DNA of 64,000 nt from a bacterium (GTDB lineage Bacteria > Vulcanimicrobiota > Vulcanimicrobiia > Vulcanimicrobiales > SCRA01), in NCBI GenBank assembly GCA_004298675.1, contig SCRI01000058.1, positions 72,669 to 136,668 of the forward strand. The letters run 5' to 3'. Position 1 is the first letter of the stretch, and the number at the start of each line of letters is the position of its first letter. Below the pieces are notes generated by a model. The model was not told the origin of the DNA and made no database searches. It saw only the letters and a list, made by a program, of their open reading frames with translations. This document shows positions 1-9,535 of the stretch, one piece after another. The position numbers were made by a program, and so were the translations under genes.

Positions 1-633
1 GTCGATCTGTTTGTTCTCGACGAGCGCATGGAAGACGCTCTCGTCTAGGGCGCCCGCGTCGACGATACCGGCCTCGACGGCCTTGGCCGTGGCGGGGTGG
101 TTTCCGGTGAAGCGGTAGCGCAGAGCGTGGTCGGGATCGATGCCGTTCTTCTGCATGTAGTAGTACGGCATCAAATGGCCGCTGGTCGAGTTGGTGTCAC
201 CGAACGCGAAGCTCTTGCCGCGCAGGTCCGCCAGGCTGTGGATATCCGAACCGCTCTGGGTGATGAAGAGCGAGTGGAAGCGTTGGTCGCTTGAGCGCTG
301 AACGAGCGGGATCACCCCGTAGCGCGCGTGCGCCTGAACGTACGTAAGCCCGCCCAGGTAGGCGAAGTCGAGCGACGCGTTGCCCAGGGCTTCGACGGTG
401 GCGTTGTAGTTGGTGGGAATGACCAAGTCGACGTCGTGTCCGGTCTTGCCGGCCAAGTAGTCGCGCAACGGGCGCTTCTCGTCGACGGAGACCTGCGTGG
501 CCCCGGCGTCAGGGATCATCCCGACGCGCAGCGGTGCGGCCGCCGCCACGGCGGCCGGCGCCAACATGCCCGCGGCGAAGAGGACGCCCGAACCTTTCAG
601 GAAGCGCGTGCGGCTGATGGGCGAGAAGTGCAT
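1..633 (-). CDS. PhnD-family (phosphonate/phosphite-type) ABC transporter substrate-binding protein, N-terminal part; C-terminus lies beyond the window start
   Basis: Absent from the ORF track because no stop falls in the window. Manual reverse translation from ATG at 633-631 gives MHFSPISRTRFLKGSGVLFAAGMLAPAAVAAAAPLRVGMIPDAGATQ...IPTNYNATVEALGNASLDFAYLGG...GKSFAFGDTNSTSGHLMPYYYM. This is a signal peptide followed by PhnD-like motifs. Confidence 0.7.
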   Translation of the reverse strand, partial: MHFSPISRTRFLKGSGVLFAAGMLAPAAVAAAAPLRVGMIPDAGATQVSVDEKRPLRDYLAGKTGHDVDLVIPTNYNATVEALGNASLDFAYLGGLTYVQAHARYGVIPLVQRSSDQRFHSLFITQSGSDIHSLADLRGKSFAFGDTNSTSGHLMPYYYMQKNGIDPDHALRYRFTGNHPATAKAVEAGIVDAGALDESVFHALVENKQID

Positions 634-757
634 CGAACGGGACCCTCCTATGCCTAGAACGTAATAAGCCGTTGTCTCTAGCGTATGACGTTCGATAGAG
701 CGCGATGGTTTCACCCCTGCGAGGGCCGTGGCGGCGGACGGACGAATCGGCGCACTC

Positions 758-1874
758 ATGAGCGATGCTACCCGTTCCGAGATCATACGATTGCGCGCGC
801 AGCTGGAGCGGCTGCGGGTGCGTCTTTGACTACGCCAAGCATCGCGATCGCCTGAAGGAGCTGGAACGCGCTTCGCAGACGTCTGATTTCTGGGAGGATG
901 CCGCCGCGGCGCAGGCTGTGATGAAGCGGATCGCCGATCTGCGCGCCGAGACCGAGCCGCTAGAGCGCGTGGCACGCACCCTCGACGAGGCCTGGGAGCT
1001 GCTCGAGCTCATGGGTGACGAGGCCGGGGCCGATGAGGAAGCCGGGCGCGATACCGCCGCCGCCGCTGCCGAATTGGACGGGCTGGAGATGGCGGCCAAC
1101 TTCGACCGCGAGTTCGATCATCACGGCGCGATCGTCTCGATCAACTCGGGCGCCGGCGGAACCGACGCCGCGGATTGGGCGCAGATGCTGCTGCGGATGT
1201 ACGTCCGCTGGGCCGAGCACCACGGCTTCGAGGTGCGCTACAGCGACGAAACGCCCGGCGACGAGGCCGGCATCAAGAGCGCCACGTTCTTCGTGCGCGG
1301 CCGCAACGCGTACGGCATGCTGGAGAGCGAGCGCGGCGTCCACCGCCTGGTACGGATCTCCCCGTTCGACGCCGCGCACCGGCGCCATACGGCCTTTGCC
1401 AGCGTGGACGTCGTGCCGGAGTTGGAGGCCGGCGAGGGGCAACTGGAGATCAAGCCGGACGAGATCCGCATCGAGACGTTCAAGAGCGGCGGCGCGGGCG
1501 GCCAGTACGTCAATAAGACCGAGTCGGCCATCCGCATCATTCACCTCGCCACCGGCATCATCGTCTCTTCGCAGCAGGAGCGCTCGCAGATGCAGAATCG
1601 TGACGTCGCGATGTCGATTCTGCGGGCGAAGCTGCTGCAGCGCGAGTTGGACGAGCGCGACCGTAAGTTGGCCGAGCTGCGGGGCGAGAAGCTCTCGACC
1701 GAATGGGGCAGCCAGATCCGTTCCTACGTCCTCAATCCGTACCAGCTGGTCAAGGATCATCGCACCGGCGTCGAGACCGGGAACGTCACGGCTGTGCTCG
1801 ACGGTGAGATCGATCTCTTCATCTGGCCGTACCTGCAGCAGCGCGGGCGTTTTGCCGGCAGCGCGGTGACGTGA
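758..1874 (+). CDS. prfB: Peptide chain release factor 2, expressed through a programmed +1 frameshift. Frame 0 runs 758-826 (MSDATRSEIIRLRAQLERLRVRL), then the +1 frame runs from 828.
   Basis: The ORF-track protein 765..1874 carries the SPF (VRISPFD) and GGQ (SGGAGGQYVNKTES) motifs. The upstream frame from ATG 758 ends in CTT TGA C at 824-830, which is the canonical RF2 recoding site. Confidence 0.9.
821..830 (+). other. RF2 autoregulatory +1 frameshift site CGT CTT TGA C, with an SD-like GGGTG 3 nt upstream
   Basis: Read directly from the sequence: ctgcgggtgcgtctttgactac. The in-frame TGA is at 827-829, and the downstream RF2 body is in the +1 frame. Confidence 0.85.
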
Positions 1875-2767
1875 GCGCCGCGCCCGAGCTCTGCGTCGTC
1901 GTGGTGACGTGGAACGACGCCGCGCGCGCCGCCGCCGCGATCGACTCCTTCTTCGATTTGCCGGAGGTGCGTAACCGCCCCGAACGTTATGCGCTGATCG
2001 TCTCGGACAACGGCTCGCGCGACGGCACCGCGCAGAGTCTGCGCACTCGCTATGGTGATCGGATCGCCGTGCTGGAGAACGGCGCCAACCTCGGATTCGG
2101 CGCGGGCTGCAATCGCGCGTTCGCACGCGTCGACGCACCCTACTATTTCCTGCTCAACCCCGACGCGCTCTTGCGGCCGGGAGCGCTCGACTCGATGCTG
2201 GATTTCTTCGCGCGGCACCCGGAAGCGGGGATCGCAGGCTCGCGCGTGCTCAATCTCGACGGTACGGTGCAGGAGTCGTGCGGCGAGTTCGACACGTGGC
2301 TGGGAGCGTTCTTGCGCTCGAGCGCCTGGGGCGAGCTGCCGCCGCTGCGCCGTTACGCCAACGGCCACGCGCTGCGCGCGTGGAACTACGGCGACGAACG
2401 CCGCGTGGATATCGTGATCGGCGCGGCGCTGGCACTGCGGCGCAGCACGATCCGGCACTTGGAAGGATTCGACGAGCGCTTCTTTCTCTACCAGGAAGAG
2501 GTGGATCTCTGCAAGCGCGCAGCGGGAGCCGGCCTCCAGACGTGGTTCGTGCCCTCCAGCGTCGTGCAGCACGAAGGCATGGGATCGGCGATCTCGCGCG
2601 CAGCGGTGGAGCGCCACAAACGCGCCGGGCGGCGCCGCTATTGGATCAAACATCACGGGCGGCTCTGGTATTATGCGTTGTGTACGGCGCTGGTGGCGCG
2701 CTACGCGCTCTACGCGGCGCCGCTGGCTGGGGGTGCGTTGCTGCTGCGGCACGCGCTGGGGCGGTGA
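1871..2767 (+). CDS. Family 2 glycosyltransferase (rhamnosyltransferase-like)
   Basis: 298 aa with CVVVVTWND...SDNGSRDGT...LENGANLGFGAGCNRAF...LLNPDALL (GT-A fold, DxD-type). The GTG start overlaps the prfB stop (GTGA). Confidence 0.8.
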   Translation: MSAAPELCVVVVTWNDAARAAAAIDSFFDLPEVRNRPERYALIVSDNGSRDGTAQSLRTRYGDRIAVLENGANLGFGAGCNRAFARVDAPYYFLLNPDALLRPGALDSMLDFFARHPEAGIAGSRVLNLDGTVQESCGEFDTWLGAFLRSSAWGELPPLRRYANGHALRAWNYGDERRVDIVIGAALALRRSTIRHLEGFDERFFLYQEEVDLCKRAAGAGLQTWFVPSSVVQHEGMGSAISRAAVERHKRAGRRRYWIKHHGRLWYYALCTALVARYALYAAPLAGGALLLRHALGR

Positions 2768-3105
2768 TGGCGCTACGCTCGGAGTGCGTGACCACCACGC
2801 GTGAGGCAGTGGGTTTCCGCGTCGTGCGGCGCTGCGGCCTCGCGTCGGGTCAAGCCATGCAGGCGCGCAACTATTTGCGTGACGCGCTGCATGCGATCGG
2901 CACGTTTCTGGGCCTGATGCCCTACGACTTCGTTACGGATGCAGAGCGTGCGCGGGCCGACTCCATCGCACAGCTTCTGGAGCGCGCGGAGCGGCTGGGA
3001 GCCAACGGCGTGATCGATCTGCGCTTCCAAGCCGTGGACGAAGGCGGCGCAACGCGGCTGACGGCGATTGGGGAGGCGGTCGTTTTGGATCGCGAGCCGC
3101 GGTGA
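2767..3105 (+). CDS. YbjQ/UPF0145 family protein (putative heavy-metal-binding domain)
   Basis: 112 aa from ATG 2767, the C-terminal part of ORF 2278..3105: CVTTTREAVGFRV...ERAERLGANGVIDLRF...LTAIGEAVVL. This follows the YbjQ pattern. The start overlaps the GT2 stop (TGATG). Confidence 0.65.
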   Translation: MALRSECVTTTREAVGFRVVRRCGLASGQAMQARNYLRDALHAIGTFLGLMPYDFVTDAERARADSIAQLLERAERLGANGVIDLRFQAVDEGGATRLTAIGEAVVLDREPR

Positions 3106-3788
3106 GCGAGCCGACGTTACAGGAGCGTGCCGCGCGCGAGCGCGCGCTGGCGCAGCTTGCGCGCACGGTGGAAGCCTGCCGCAAGTGCGAGATCGGCTAC
3201 ACGCGCACTCGGAGCGTCTTCGGTGAGGGCGATCCCTGCGCGCGCCTGATGTGCGTGGGCGAGGGCCCCGGTGAGACAGAGGACGCGACGGGGCGGCCGT
3301 TCGTGGGGCGGGCCGGCGAGCTGCTGACGAAGATGCTGGCGGCCATCGGGCTCGAACGCGACGAGGTCTACATTTGCAACACCATCAAGTGCCGCGCCAG
3401 CTACCGCGACGGCAACAAGGTGCGCAATCGCGCGCCCACGCCGCAGGAGCTGGCGAACTGCCGTCCCTACCTCGACGAGCAGATCGCCATCATCCGTCCG
3501 CAAGTGATCTTGGCGCTGGGAGCCCCGGCTGCGAAGTCGTTCTTGGGGCAGGCGTTCCAGATCACGCGCATGCGTGGGCGCTGGTTCGAGGGGCCGCACG
3601 GCAGCGCGCTGATGGCTACCTTCCATCCCGCCTACGTGCTGCGCCAAGGCGGCACCGCGCTCACCGAAACCAAACGCTTGGTGTGGGGCGATCTGAAAGC
3701 CGTGCGGGCACGCCTGGATGAGTTGGCGGCGGTAGCGGAGGCGGCTGCCGGATCCGCCGCCGAGCCGGAGCAGCGTAGCCTCTTTTAG
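3102..3788 (+). CDS. Uracil-DNA glycosylase, family 4
   Basis: CRKCEI...VFGEGDPCARLMCVGEGPGETEDATGRPFVGRAG...FHPAYVLR. The GTG start overlaps the previous stop (GTGA). Confidence 0.88.
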   Translation: MSEPTLQERAARERALAQLARTVEACRKCEIGYTRTRSVFGEGDPCARLMCVGEGPGETEDATGRPFVGRAGELLTKMLAAIGLERDEVYICNTIKCRASYRDGNKVRNRAPTPQELANCRPYLDEQIAIIRPQVILALGAPAAKSFLGQAFQITRMRGRWFEGPHGSALMATFHPAYVLRQGGTALTETKRLVWGDLKAVRARLDELAAVAEAAAGSAAEPEQRSLF

Positions 3789-3848
3789 GGCCTCGACGCG
3801 CGGGGGCGCTGGACGGCGTGGGCCAATTCGACTACCATACGAAGCGTT

Positions 3849-4937
3849 ATGCAACGTGATGCCATGCAGATCTGGTGGGACGACCGCGCGCGGGCGCTCG
3901 GCCTGCGCGACGGCCAGGCGCTGGCCGATGAGCTCGGCCTCAAGCGCTATCGTGTCGGGCAGCTCTACCACGCCGCCGTCAAGGAGCTAGCCGGCGAGAT
4001 CGACGCGATCACGGTGCTGCCGCAGACGCTGCGCGACGAGCTCCATGCGCGTGCCTTCCCATTCGACACGGTTGCGCCAAACGTCGTCCAGCGCTCGAGC
4101 GACGCTCAGACTACCAAGGGACTCTTCGCCCTGCGCGACGGGCAAGAGATCGAGGCCGTGCTCATGGAGCACCACGGCGACCGCAACACCGTCTGCGTCT
4201 CCAGCCAAGCAGGCTGCGCCTTCGCCTGTGCCTTCTGCGCGACGGGGCAGGCCGGTTTCTCGCGCCATTTGAGCTCCAGTGAGATCTTCGATCAGGCGCG
4301 CTACTTCGCGCGCACCTTGGCGGCGCAGGGACGCAAGGTTACGAATGTCGTCTTCATGGGCATGGGCGAACCGTTTCACAACTACGACGCCGTGCTGGGT
4401 GCCGTGGCGCTGCTCAACGACCCGAAGGGTTTCGGCTTAGGGCACCGTCACATCACCATCTCGACGGTAGGCGTGGTGCCGATGATCGACCGCTTCGCCG
4501 GCGAGGGGCTGCAAGTCAATCTCGCGATCTCGCTGCACGCGCCCACCGACGAGCAGCGCGGCGCCATCATGCCGGTGAACAAGCGTTGGGCGATCGGCGA
4601 GCTGATGGGTGCGTGCGCGCGTTACGTCGAGCAGACGGGGCGCAAGATCTTCTTCGAGTACTTGATGCTGGCCGGCGTCAACGACCGGGTGGAGGATGCG
4701 CGCGAGTTGGCGCGGCTCATGGCAGGGCGTCTCTATCACGTCAACTTGATCCCCTACAACTCCACGCCCGATGCGGAGTTCCAAGGCTCCGAGGGTGCCA
4801 TCGTCGATGCATTTCAACGCGTGCTCACCGCGGCCGGTGTGCCCTCGACGATCCGCCATCCCATGGGGCGCGATATCGCCGCCGCCTGCGGGCAGCTGCG
4901 TGCCCAGACGCAGCCGCGCGCCGGCGCGTCCGTATAA
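3849..4937 (+). CDS. rlmN: 23S rRNA (adenine2503-C2)-methyltransferase, radical SAM
   Basis: CVSSQAGCAFACAFCATGQAGFSRHLSSSEI, GMGEPFHNYD and a C-terminal ACGQL motif. Confidence 0.92.
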   Translation: MQRDAMQIWWDDRARALGLRDGQALADELGLKRYRVGQLYHAAVKELAGEIDAITVLPQTLRDELHARAFPFDTVAPNVVQRSSDAQTTKGLFALRDGQEIEAVLMEHHGDRNTVCVSSQAGCAFACAFCATGQAGFSRHLSSSEIFDQARYFARTLAAQGRKVTNVVFMGMGEPFHNYDAVLGAVALLNDPKGFGLGHRHITISTVGVVPMIDRFAGEGLQVNLAISLHAPTDEQRGAIMPVNKRWAIGELMGACARYVEQTGRKIFFEYLMLAGVNDRVEDARELARLMAGRLYHVNLIPYNSTPDAEFQGSEGAIVDAFQRVLTAAGVPSTIRHPMGRDIAAACGQLRAQTQPRAGASV

Positions 4938-4995
4938 GCGGTTCGAGCGCGGCGCGACAGGGGGAAAGCCGCCAGGGGGCGCAACTTCCGGGCTT

Positions 4996-6339
4996 ATGGC
5001 TACGCAGACCGGACGGTATCAGCCCTCCCTGGATGAGATCAGCGCGCTTGCCAAGCGGCGCGGCTTCGTCTTTCAATCGTCGGAGATCTACGGCGGCGCG
5101 GGAGGCGTCTGGGATTACGGGCCGCTCGGCACGGAGCTCAAGCGCAACGTCAAGCAGGCCTGGTGGCATGAGGTGGTGGAGAGCCGCGACGACGTGGTGC
5201 CGTTCGACGCGGCGATCATCATGCATCCGCGGACGTGGATAGCCTCCGGCCACGCCGCGACCTTCCACGACAAGATGGTGGACTGCAGAGTCTGCAAGCA
5301 CCGCTTCCGCGCCGACCATCTGCCTTCGTTAGAGAAGTGTCCCGATTGCGGCAGCAAAGGCTCGCTCACCGAGCCGCGCGACTTCAACTTGATGCTCAAG
5401 ACCTACTTGGGCCCGGCGGAGGATAGCGCGAGCCAGGTCTGGCTGCGCCCGGAGACGGCGCAAGGCATCTTCGTGAACTTCAAAAACGTCGCGCAGGCAG
5501 CGCGCCGTAAACCGCCGTTCGGAATTGCGCAGGTTGGTAAGTCTTTTCGGAACGAGATCACGCCGGGAAACTTCACCTTCCGGACGCGCGAGTTCGAGCA
5601 GGCGGAGCTGGAGTTTTTCATCCCGCCGGACGGCACCGACGAGCAGTGGTACCACCGTTGGGTCGAGTTGCGCATGTCCTGGTACCGCCGTTATCTGCTG
5701 GACGAGCGCGTGCGCTTCCGCGAGTTGGCTCAAGAAGAGTTGGCCCACTACGCCAAAGGGCTCACCGACGTGGAGTACCGCTTCCCTTGGGGCTGGGGGG
5801 AGTTGGAGTCGATCGCCAACCGCGGCACGTACGACCTGAACGCGCATATCAAGGAGTCCGGCAAGGACCTCTCGTTCTTCGACGAGGCCAACAAGGCCAA
5901 ATACGTGCCCATCGTCGTGGAGGCTTCCGCCGGCGTCGACCGGACGGCGCTGGCGCTCTTGATCGACGCCTACGACAAGCAGCGCTACGTGGATCAGACC
6001 GGGAAGGAGGCCGAACGCGTCGTGCTGCGCTTCCACCCCCAGATCGCCCCGTGTAAAGCAGCGGTCTTCGCGCTGGCGCGCAACAAGCCGGAGCTGGTGG
6101 AACGTGCACGCGGCCTCGAGCGCGACCTGCGCCGCGTGCTGCGCACGCAGTACGACGAGGGGAACATCGGCCAGCTCTACCGCCGCCAGGACGAGATCGG
6201 GACGCCCTGGTGTCTCACCGTCGACTATCAGACCCTCGACGACGGGACCGTGACGCTGCGCGACCGCGACAGCATGGAGCAGACGCGCATCCCGGCGGAC
6301 CAGGTCAAGGCGCTGCTCCTCGAGCGCCTCGCGGGCTAG
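4996..6339 (+). CDS. glyQS: Glycine--tRNA ligase (homodimeric class II type)
   Basis: From ATG 4996: MATQTGRYQPSLDEISALAKRRGFVFQSSEIYGGAGGVWDYGPLG...FRNEITPGNFTFRTREFEQAELEFF. The ORF-track start at 4771 is an upstream in-frame artefact. Confidence 0.92.
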   Translation: MATQTGRYQPSLDEISALAKRRGFVFQSSEIYGGAGGVWDYGPLGTELKRNVKQAWWHEVVESRDDVVPFDAAIIMHPRTWIASGHAATFHDKMVDCRVCKHRFRADHLPSLEKCPDCGSKGSLTEPRDFNLMLKTYLGPAEDSASQVWLRPETAQGIFVNFKNVAQAARRKPPFGIAQVGKSFRNEITPGNFTFRTREFEQAELEFFIPPDGTDEQWYHRWVELRMSWYRRYLLDERVRFRELAQEELAHYAKGLTDVEYRFPWGWGELESIANRGTYDLNAHIKESGKDLSFFDEANKAKYVPIVVEASAGVDRTALALLIDAYDKQRYVDQTGKEAERVVLRFHPQIAPCKAAVFALARNKPELVERARGLERDLRRVLRTQYDEGNIGQLYRRQDEIGTPWCLTVDYQTLDDGTVTLRDRDSMEQTRIPADQVKALLLERLAG

Positions 6340-6451
6340 CGCCGCTGGGGCTGTTGGTCTGGCCATCCACGGGAAGAATGTTATAAGGAAACTTTGCTTC
6401 CTGGACCGAACAGCCAGAAATCTCGTTCAAGATTAGAGGAGATCGGTAGAG

Positions 6452-9178
6452 ATGGCAAAGGTGATTGCGCCCGCGGCGGCGGTCAGCGGCAAGGTGCCGG
6501 GCGCAACGTGGATCTATCGCTTCGAGCAGGGCTCCGCGTCGATGCGGGACCTGCTCGGCGGCAAGGGCGCGGGGCTGGCGGAGATGACGCGCGCGGGCCT
6601 GCCCGTCCCCGATGGCTTCACGATTACCACCGAGGCCTGCCTTGCGTTCTACCGCAATGCGCGCGCCCTGCCGCCCGGCCTCGCGGAGGACGTGCGCGCG
6701 CATATGACCATCCTCGAGCGCAACACGGGTAAGAGCTTTGGCGGGCGTGAGAACCCGCTCTTGGTCTCCGTGCGCTCGGGGGCACGGGTCTCGATGCCGG
6801 GCATGATGGACACGATCCTCAACCTGGGCTTGAACGACCAGACCGTCGAAGGGCTGGCGGCGCTTACCGGCAACGCGCGCTTCGCTTGGGATGCCTACCG
6901 CCGCTTCGTGCAGATGTTCGGGAAAGTGGTGCTGGCACTCGACGGCGAGCACTTCGAGCACGTCATCGCCGAGCGCAAGCGCGCCGAGGGTGTCAAGAGC
7001 GATCCCGAACTGAGCGCCGAGGGCTGGCGAGCGGTGGTGGCGGCGTTCAAGGACATCATCGCGCGCGAGAGCGGAGCGGCGTTTCCACAAGACGTCTACG
7101 CGCAGTTGTTTCGCGCCATCGAGGCCGTCTTCGATTCTTGGAACTCCAAGCGCGCGATCGACTACCGCCGCTTCAACAAGTTTCCCGACGATTGGGGCAC
7201 AGCCGTCAACGTCGTCTCGATGGTCTTCGGCAACATGGGCGACGATAGCGGTACGGGCGTGGCCTTCACCCGCAACCCGTCCACCGGCGAGCGCGCGCTC
7301 TTCGGCGAGTATCTGACCAACGCCCAAGGTGAGGACGTGGTCGCGGGTATTCGTACGCCCATGGCAATCGCCGAGTTGGAGCAGCGCCAACCGGGCGTCT
7401 ACGGACAGTTCATCGAGATCGCCGGGAAGCTCGAGCGCCACTACCGCGACATGCAGGATATGGAGTTCACGGTGGAGCGCGGTAAGCTCTACATGCTCCA
7501 GACGCGCAGCGGGAAGCGCGCGGCGGAGGCCGCGGTGAAGATCGCGCTGGACATGGTGGACGAGGGTTTGATCTCACGTCAGGAAGCGCTGCGCCGCGTC
7601 GGCGCCGAGAGCCTCAACCAACTCTTCCACGCGCGCATCGATCCGCGCGAACACTTCGAGGTCGCAGCCACCGGCCTCAACGCATCGCCGGGCGCCGCCA
7701 CCGGCGCGATCGTGCTCGATGCCGATACCGCGGTGGCCTGGGCCGCCGCCGGGCGCGCCGTGGTTCTGGTGCGTGAGGAGACTGCGCCTGACGACGTCCA
7801 CGGCATGATCTCCGCGCAGGGTGTGCTGACCGCCAAAGGCGGCGCCACCTCGCATGCCGCCGTGGTTGCGCGTGGTATGGGCAAGCCCTGCGTGGCCGGT
7901 TGCGAGGAGCTCTCCATCGACGCGCGAGCGCGTACGGTCACGATCGGCGGCAAGACGCTGCGCGAAGGCGATCCCATCACCATCGACGGCACGAGCGGGC
8001 GTGTGATCCTGCGCGGGCTGACGCTGATTCCGCCGCCCTCGGAGCTGCCGGCCTGGCTGGCGCGCTTCCTGGGCTGGGCCGACGAGGCGCGCCGCCTGGA
8101 GGTGTGGGCGAATGCCGATACGCCGGAAGACGCTCGCCGCGCGCGCGAGTTGGGAGCGCAGGGCATCGGGTTGTGCCGCACCGAGCACATGTTCTTCGGT
8201 GAGGACCGGCTGCCGATCGTGCGCGAGATGATCCTCTCGGATACCCCGGAGGCGCGCGCGCAGGCGTTGGAACGTCTGCTACCGTTCCAACGAGACGACT
8301 TTTCCGGGATTCTCGAGGCGATGGCGGGCTGCACGGTGACGATCCGTCTGCTCGACCCGCCGCTGCACGAGTTTCTCCCGCCCTACGAAGATTTGCTGGT
8401 GGAGACCACGGAGTTACGCCTGCGGTACGGCGAGAACGATGCGCGCTTCCTGGAGAAGCAGCGCATCCTCGAGCGCGTGCGCCAGCTGCACGAGCAGAAT
8501 CCGATGCTGGGCTTCCGCGTCTGCCGCTTGGGTATCGTCTACCCGGAGATCTACGCGATGCAGGTGCGGGCGATCGTGCAGGCGGCAGTGGGCTTGCGCC
8601 GCCGCGGCGTCGACGCGCGCCCCGCCATCATGATTCCAGGCGTGGGCAATCTGCGCGAGATGGAGTTCACGGCGGAGCACGCCCGCGCCACCGTTGCGAA
8701 GACGTTCGAGGAACTGGGCGCCGAAGCGTTCGAGATTCAAGTGGGGACGATGATCGAGTTGCCGCGCGCCTGTATGGTGGCCGATCAGTTGGCGGGCGTG
8801 GCCGAGTTCTTCTCGTTCGGTACGAACGATCTGACGCAGACGACGCTGGGCTACTCGCGCGACGACGCCGAGGCCAGCTTCATCCCGCGCTATCTGGAGC
8901 TGAAGATCCTCGCGGAGGATCCGTTCCAGGTGCTGGATCGCGAGGGGGTAGGGGCGCTGATGCGCATCGGCGCCGAGCGTGGCCGTGCCGCTCGCGCCAA
9001 GCTCAAGATCGGCATCTGCGGCGAGCACGGCGGGGAGCCGTCGAGCGTGGCATTCTGCGATACGCTCGGTTTAGACTACGTGTCGTGCTCGCCGTACCGT
9101 GTGCCGATCGCCCGTCTCGCAGCCGCGCAAGCCGCATTGGAGCGCGCCGGCAAACGCGAGGGAGCCGATCAGGACTAG
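6452..9178 (+). CDS. ppdK: Pyruvate, phosphate dikinase
   Basis: 908 aa with GGKGAGLAEM, the phospho-His region GGATSHAAVVARGMGKPCV, and LCRTEHMF...GICGEHGGEP. The SD AGAGGAGA sits upstream. Confidence 0.95.
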   Translation: MAKVIAPAAAVSGKVPGATWIYRFEQGSASMRDLLGGKGAGLAEMTRAGLPVPDGFTITTEACLAFYRNARALPPGLAEDVRAHMTILERNTGKSFGGRENPLLVSVRSGARVSMPGMMDTILNLGLNDQTVEGLAALTGNARFAWDAYRRFVQMFGKVVLALDGEHFEHVIAERKRAEGVKSDPELSAEGWRAVVAAFKDIIARESGAAFPQDVYAQLFRAIEAVFDSWNSKRAIDYRRFNKFPDDWGTAVNVVSMVFGNMGDDSGTGVAFTRNPSTGERALFGEYLTNAQGEDVVAGIRTPMAIAELEQRQPGVYGQFIEIAGKLERHYRDMQDMEFTVERGKLYMLQTRSGKRAAEAAVKIALDMVDEGLISRQEALRRVGAESLNQLFHARIDPREHFEVAATGLNASPGAATGAIVLDADTAVAWAAAGRAVVLVREETAPDDVHGMISAQGVLTAKGGATSHAAVVARGMGKPCVAGCEELSIDARARTVTIGGKTLREGDPITIDGTSGRVILRGLTLIPPPSELPAWLARFLGWADEARRLEVWANADTPEDARRARELGAQGIGLCRTEHMFFGEDRLPIVREMILSDTPEARAQALERLLPFQRDDFSGILEAMAGCTVTIRLLDPPLHEFLPPYEDLLVETTELRLRYGENDARFLEKQRILERVRQLHEQNPMLGFRVCRLGIVYPEIYAMQVRAIVQAAVGLRRRGVDARPAIMIPGVGNLREMEFTAEHARATVAKTFEELGAEAFEIQVGTMIELPRACMVADQLAGVAEFFSFGTNDLTQTTLGYSRDDAEASFIPRYLELKILAEDPFQVLDREGVGALMRIGAERGRAARAKLKIGICGEHGGEPSSVAFCDTLGLDYVSCSPYRVPIARLAAAQAALERAGKREGADQD

Positions 9179-9185
9179 CGGGCCG

Positions 9186-9389
9186 TTACGGAGTCGGCGA
9201 CGGACAGGGTTCGGGTGTGGCCCCCGCTTGTTGCGACTGAGAGGAGGCTGTCGCGCAGGGACTGGGCGTTGCGCCGGGCATCACTTGCGCCACCTGCAGG
9301 CGGTGGCTCTGCGCGTAGGACGTCGCCCCTACCGCACCCAGCGAGAGCGCGACGAAGGCGGCGATGGAGCTGGCTCGTAATCTGCTCAT
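9186..9389 (-). CDS. Small secreted Pro/Ser/Thr-rich protein (hypothetical)
   Basis: 67 aa. The signal-peptide-like N-terminus is MSRLRASSIAAFVALSLGAVGATSYAQS, followed by a low-complexity tail with 2 Cys ending PCPSPTP. No family recognised. Confidence 0.4.
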   Translation of the reverse strand: MSRLRASSIAAFVALSLGAVGATSYAQSHRLQVAQVMPGATPSPCATASSQSQQAGATPEPCPSPTP

Positions 9390-9535
9390 GGTGTGGCCAT
9401 TCCCTTGCTCTGGAGCGTGTTGGTGAACATTGCACGTTCATACCGCCTCAGGCCGGTTACGCCACGCCGCCGCTTTGAGACCTTAGGCTTAGCGCGGTAA
9501 GGGCTTTTGGGCCCCCTGCATAAGCGCTCGAACGC

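Noticed and set aside
632-696. 8-bp inverted repeat ATCGAACG ... CGTTCGAT in the phnD-like/prfB divergent region
   Set aside because: The arms are 49 nt apart and one arm includes the start codon of the phnD-like gene. It is likely coincidental.
960-2138. 392-aa minus-strand ORF, with similar long ORFs at 1015-1869, 2278-2766, 3117-3971, 5329-6366, 6305-7441, 7574-8334 and others, overlapping well-supported genes
   Set aside because: These are Arg/Pro/Ala/Gly-rich low-complexity translations antisense to, or out of frame with, genes that carry clear family motifs. They are typical shadow ORFs of GC-rich DNA.
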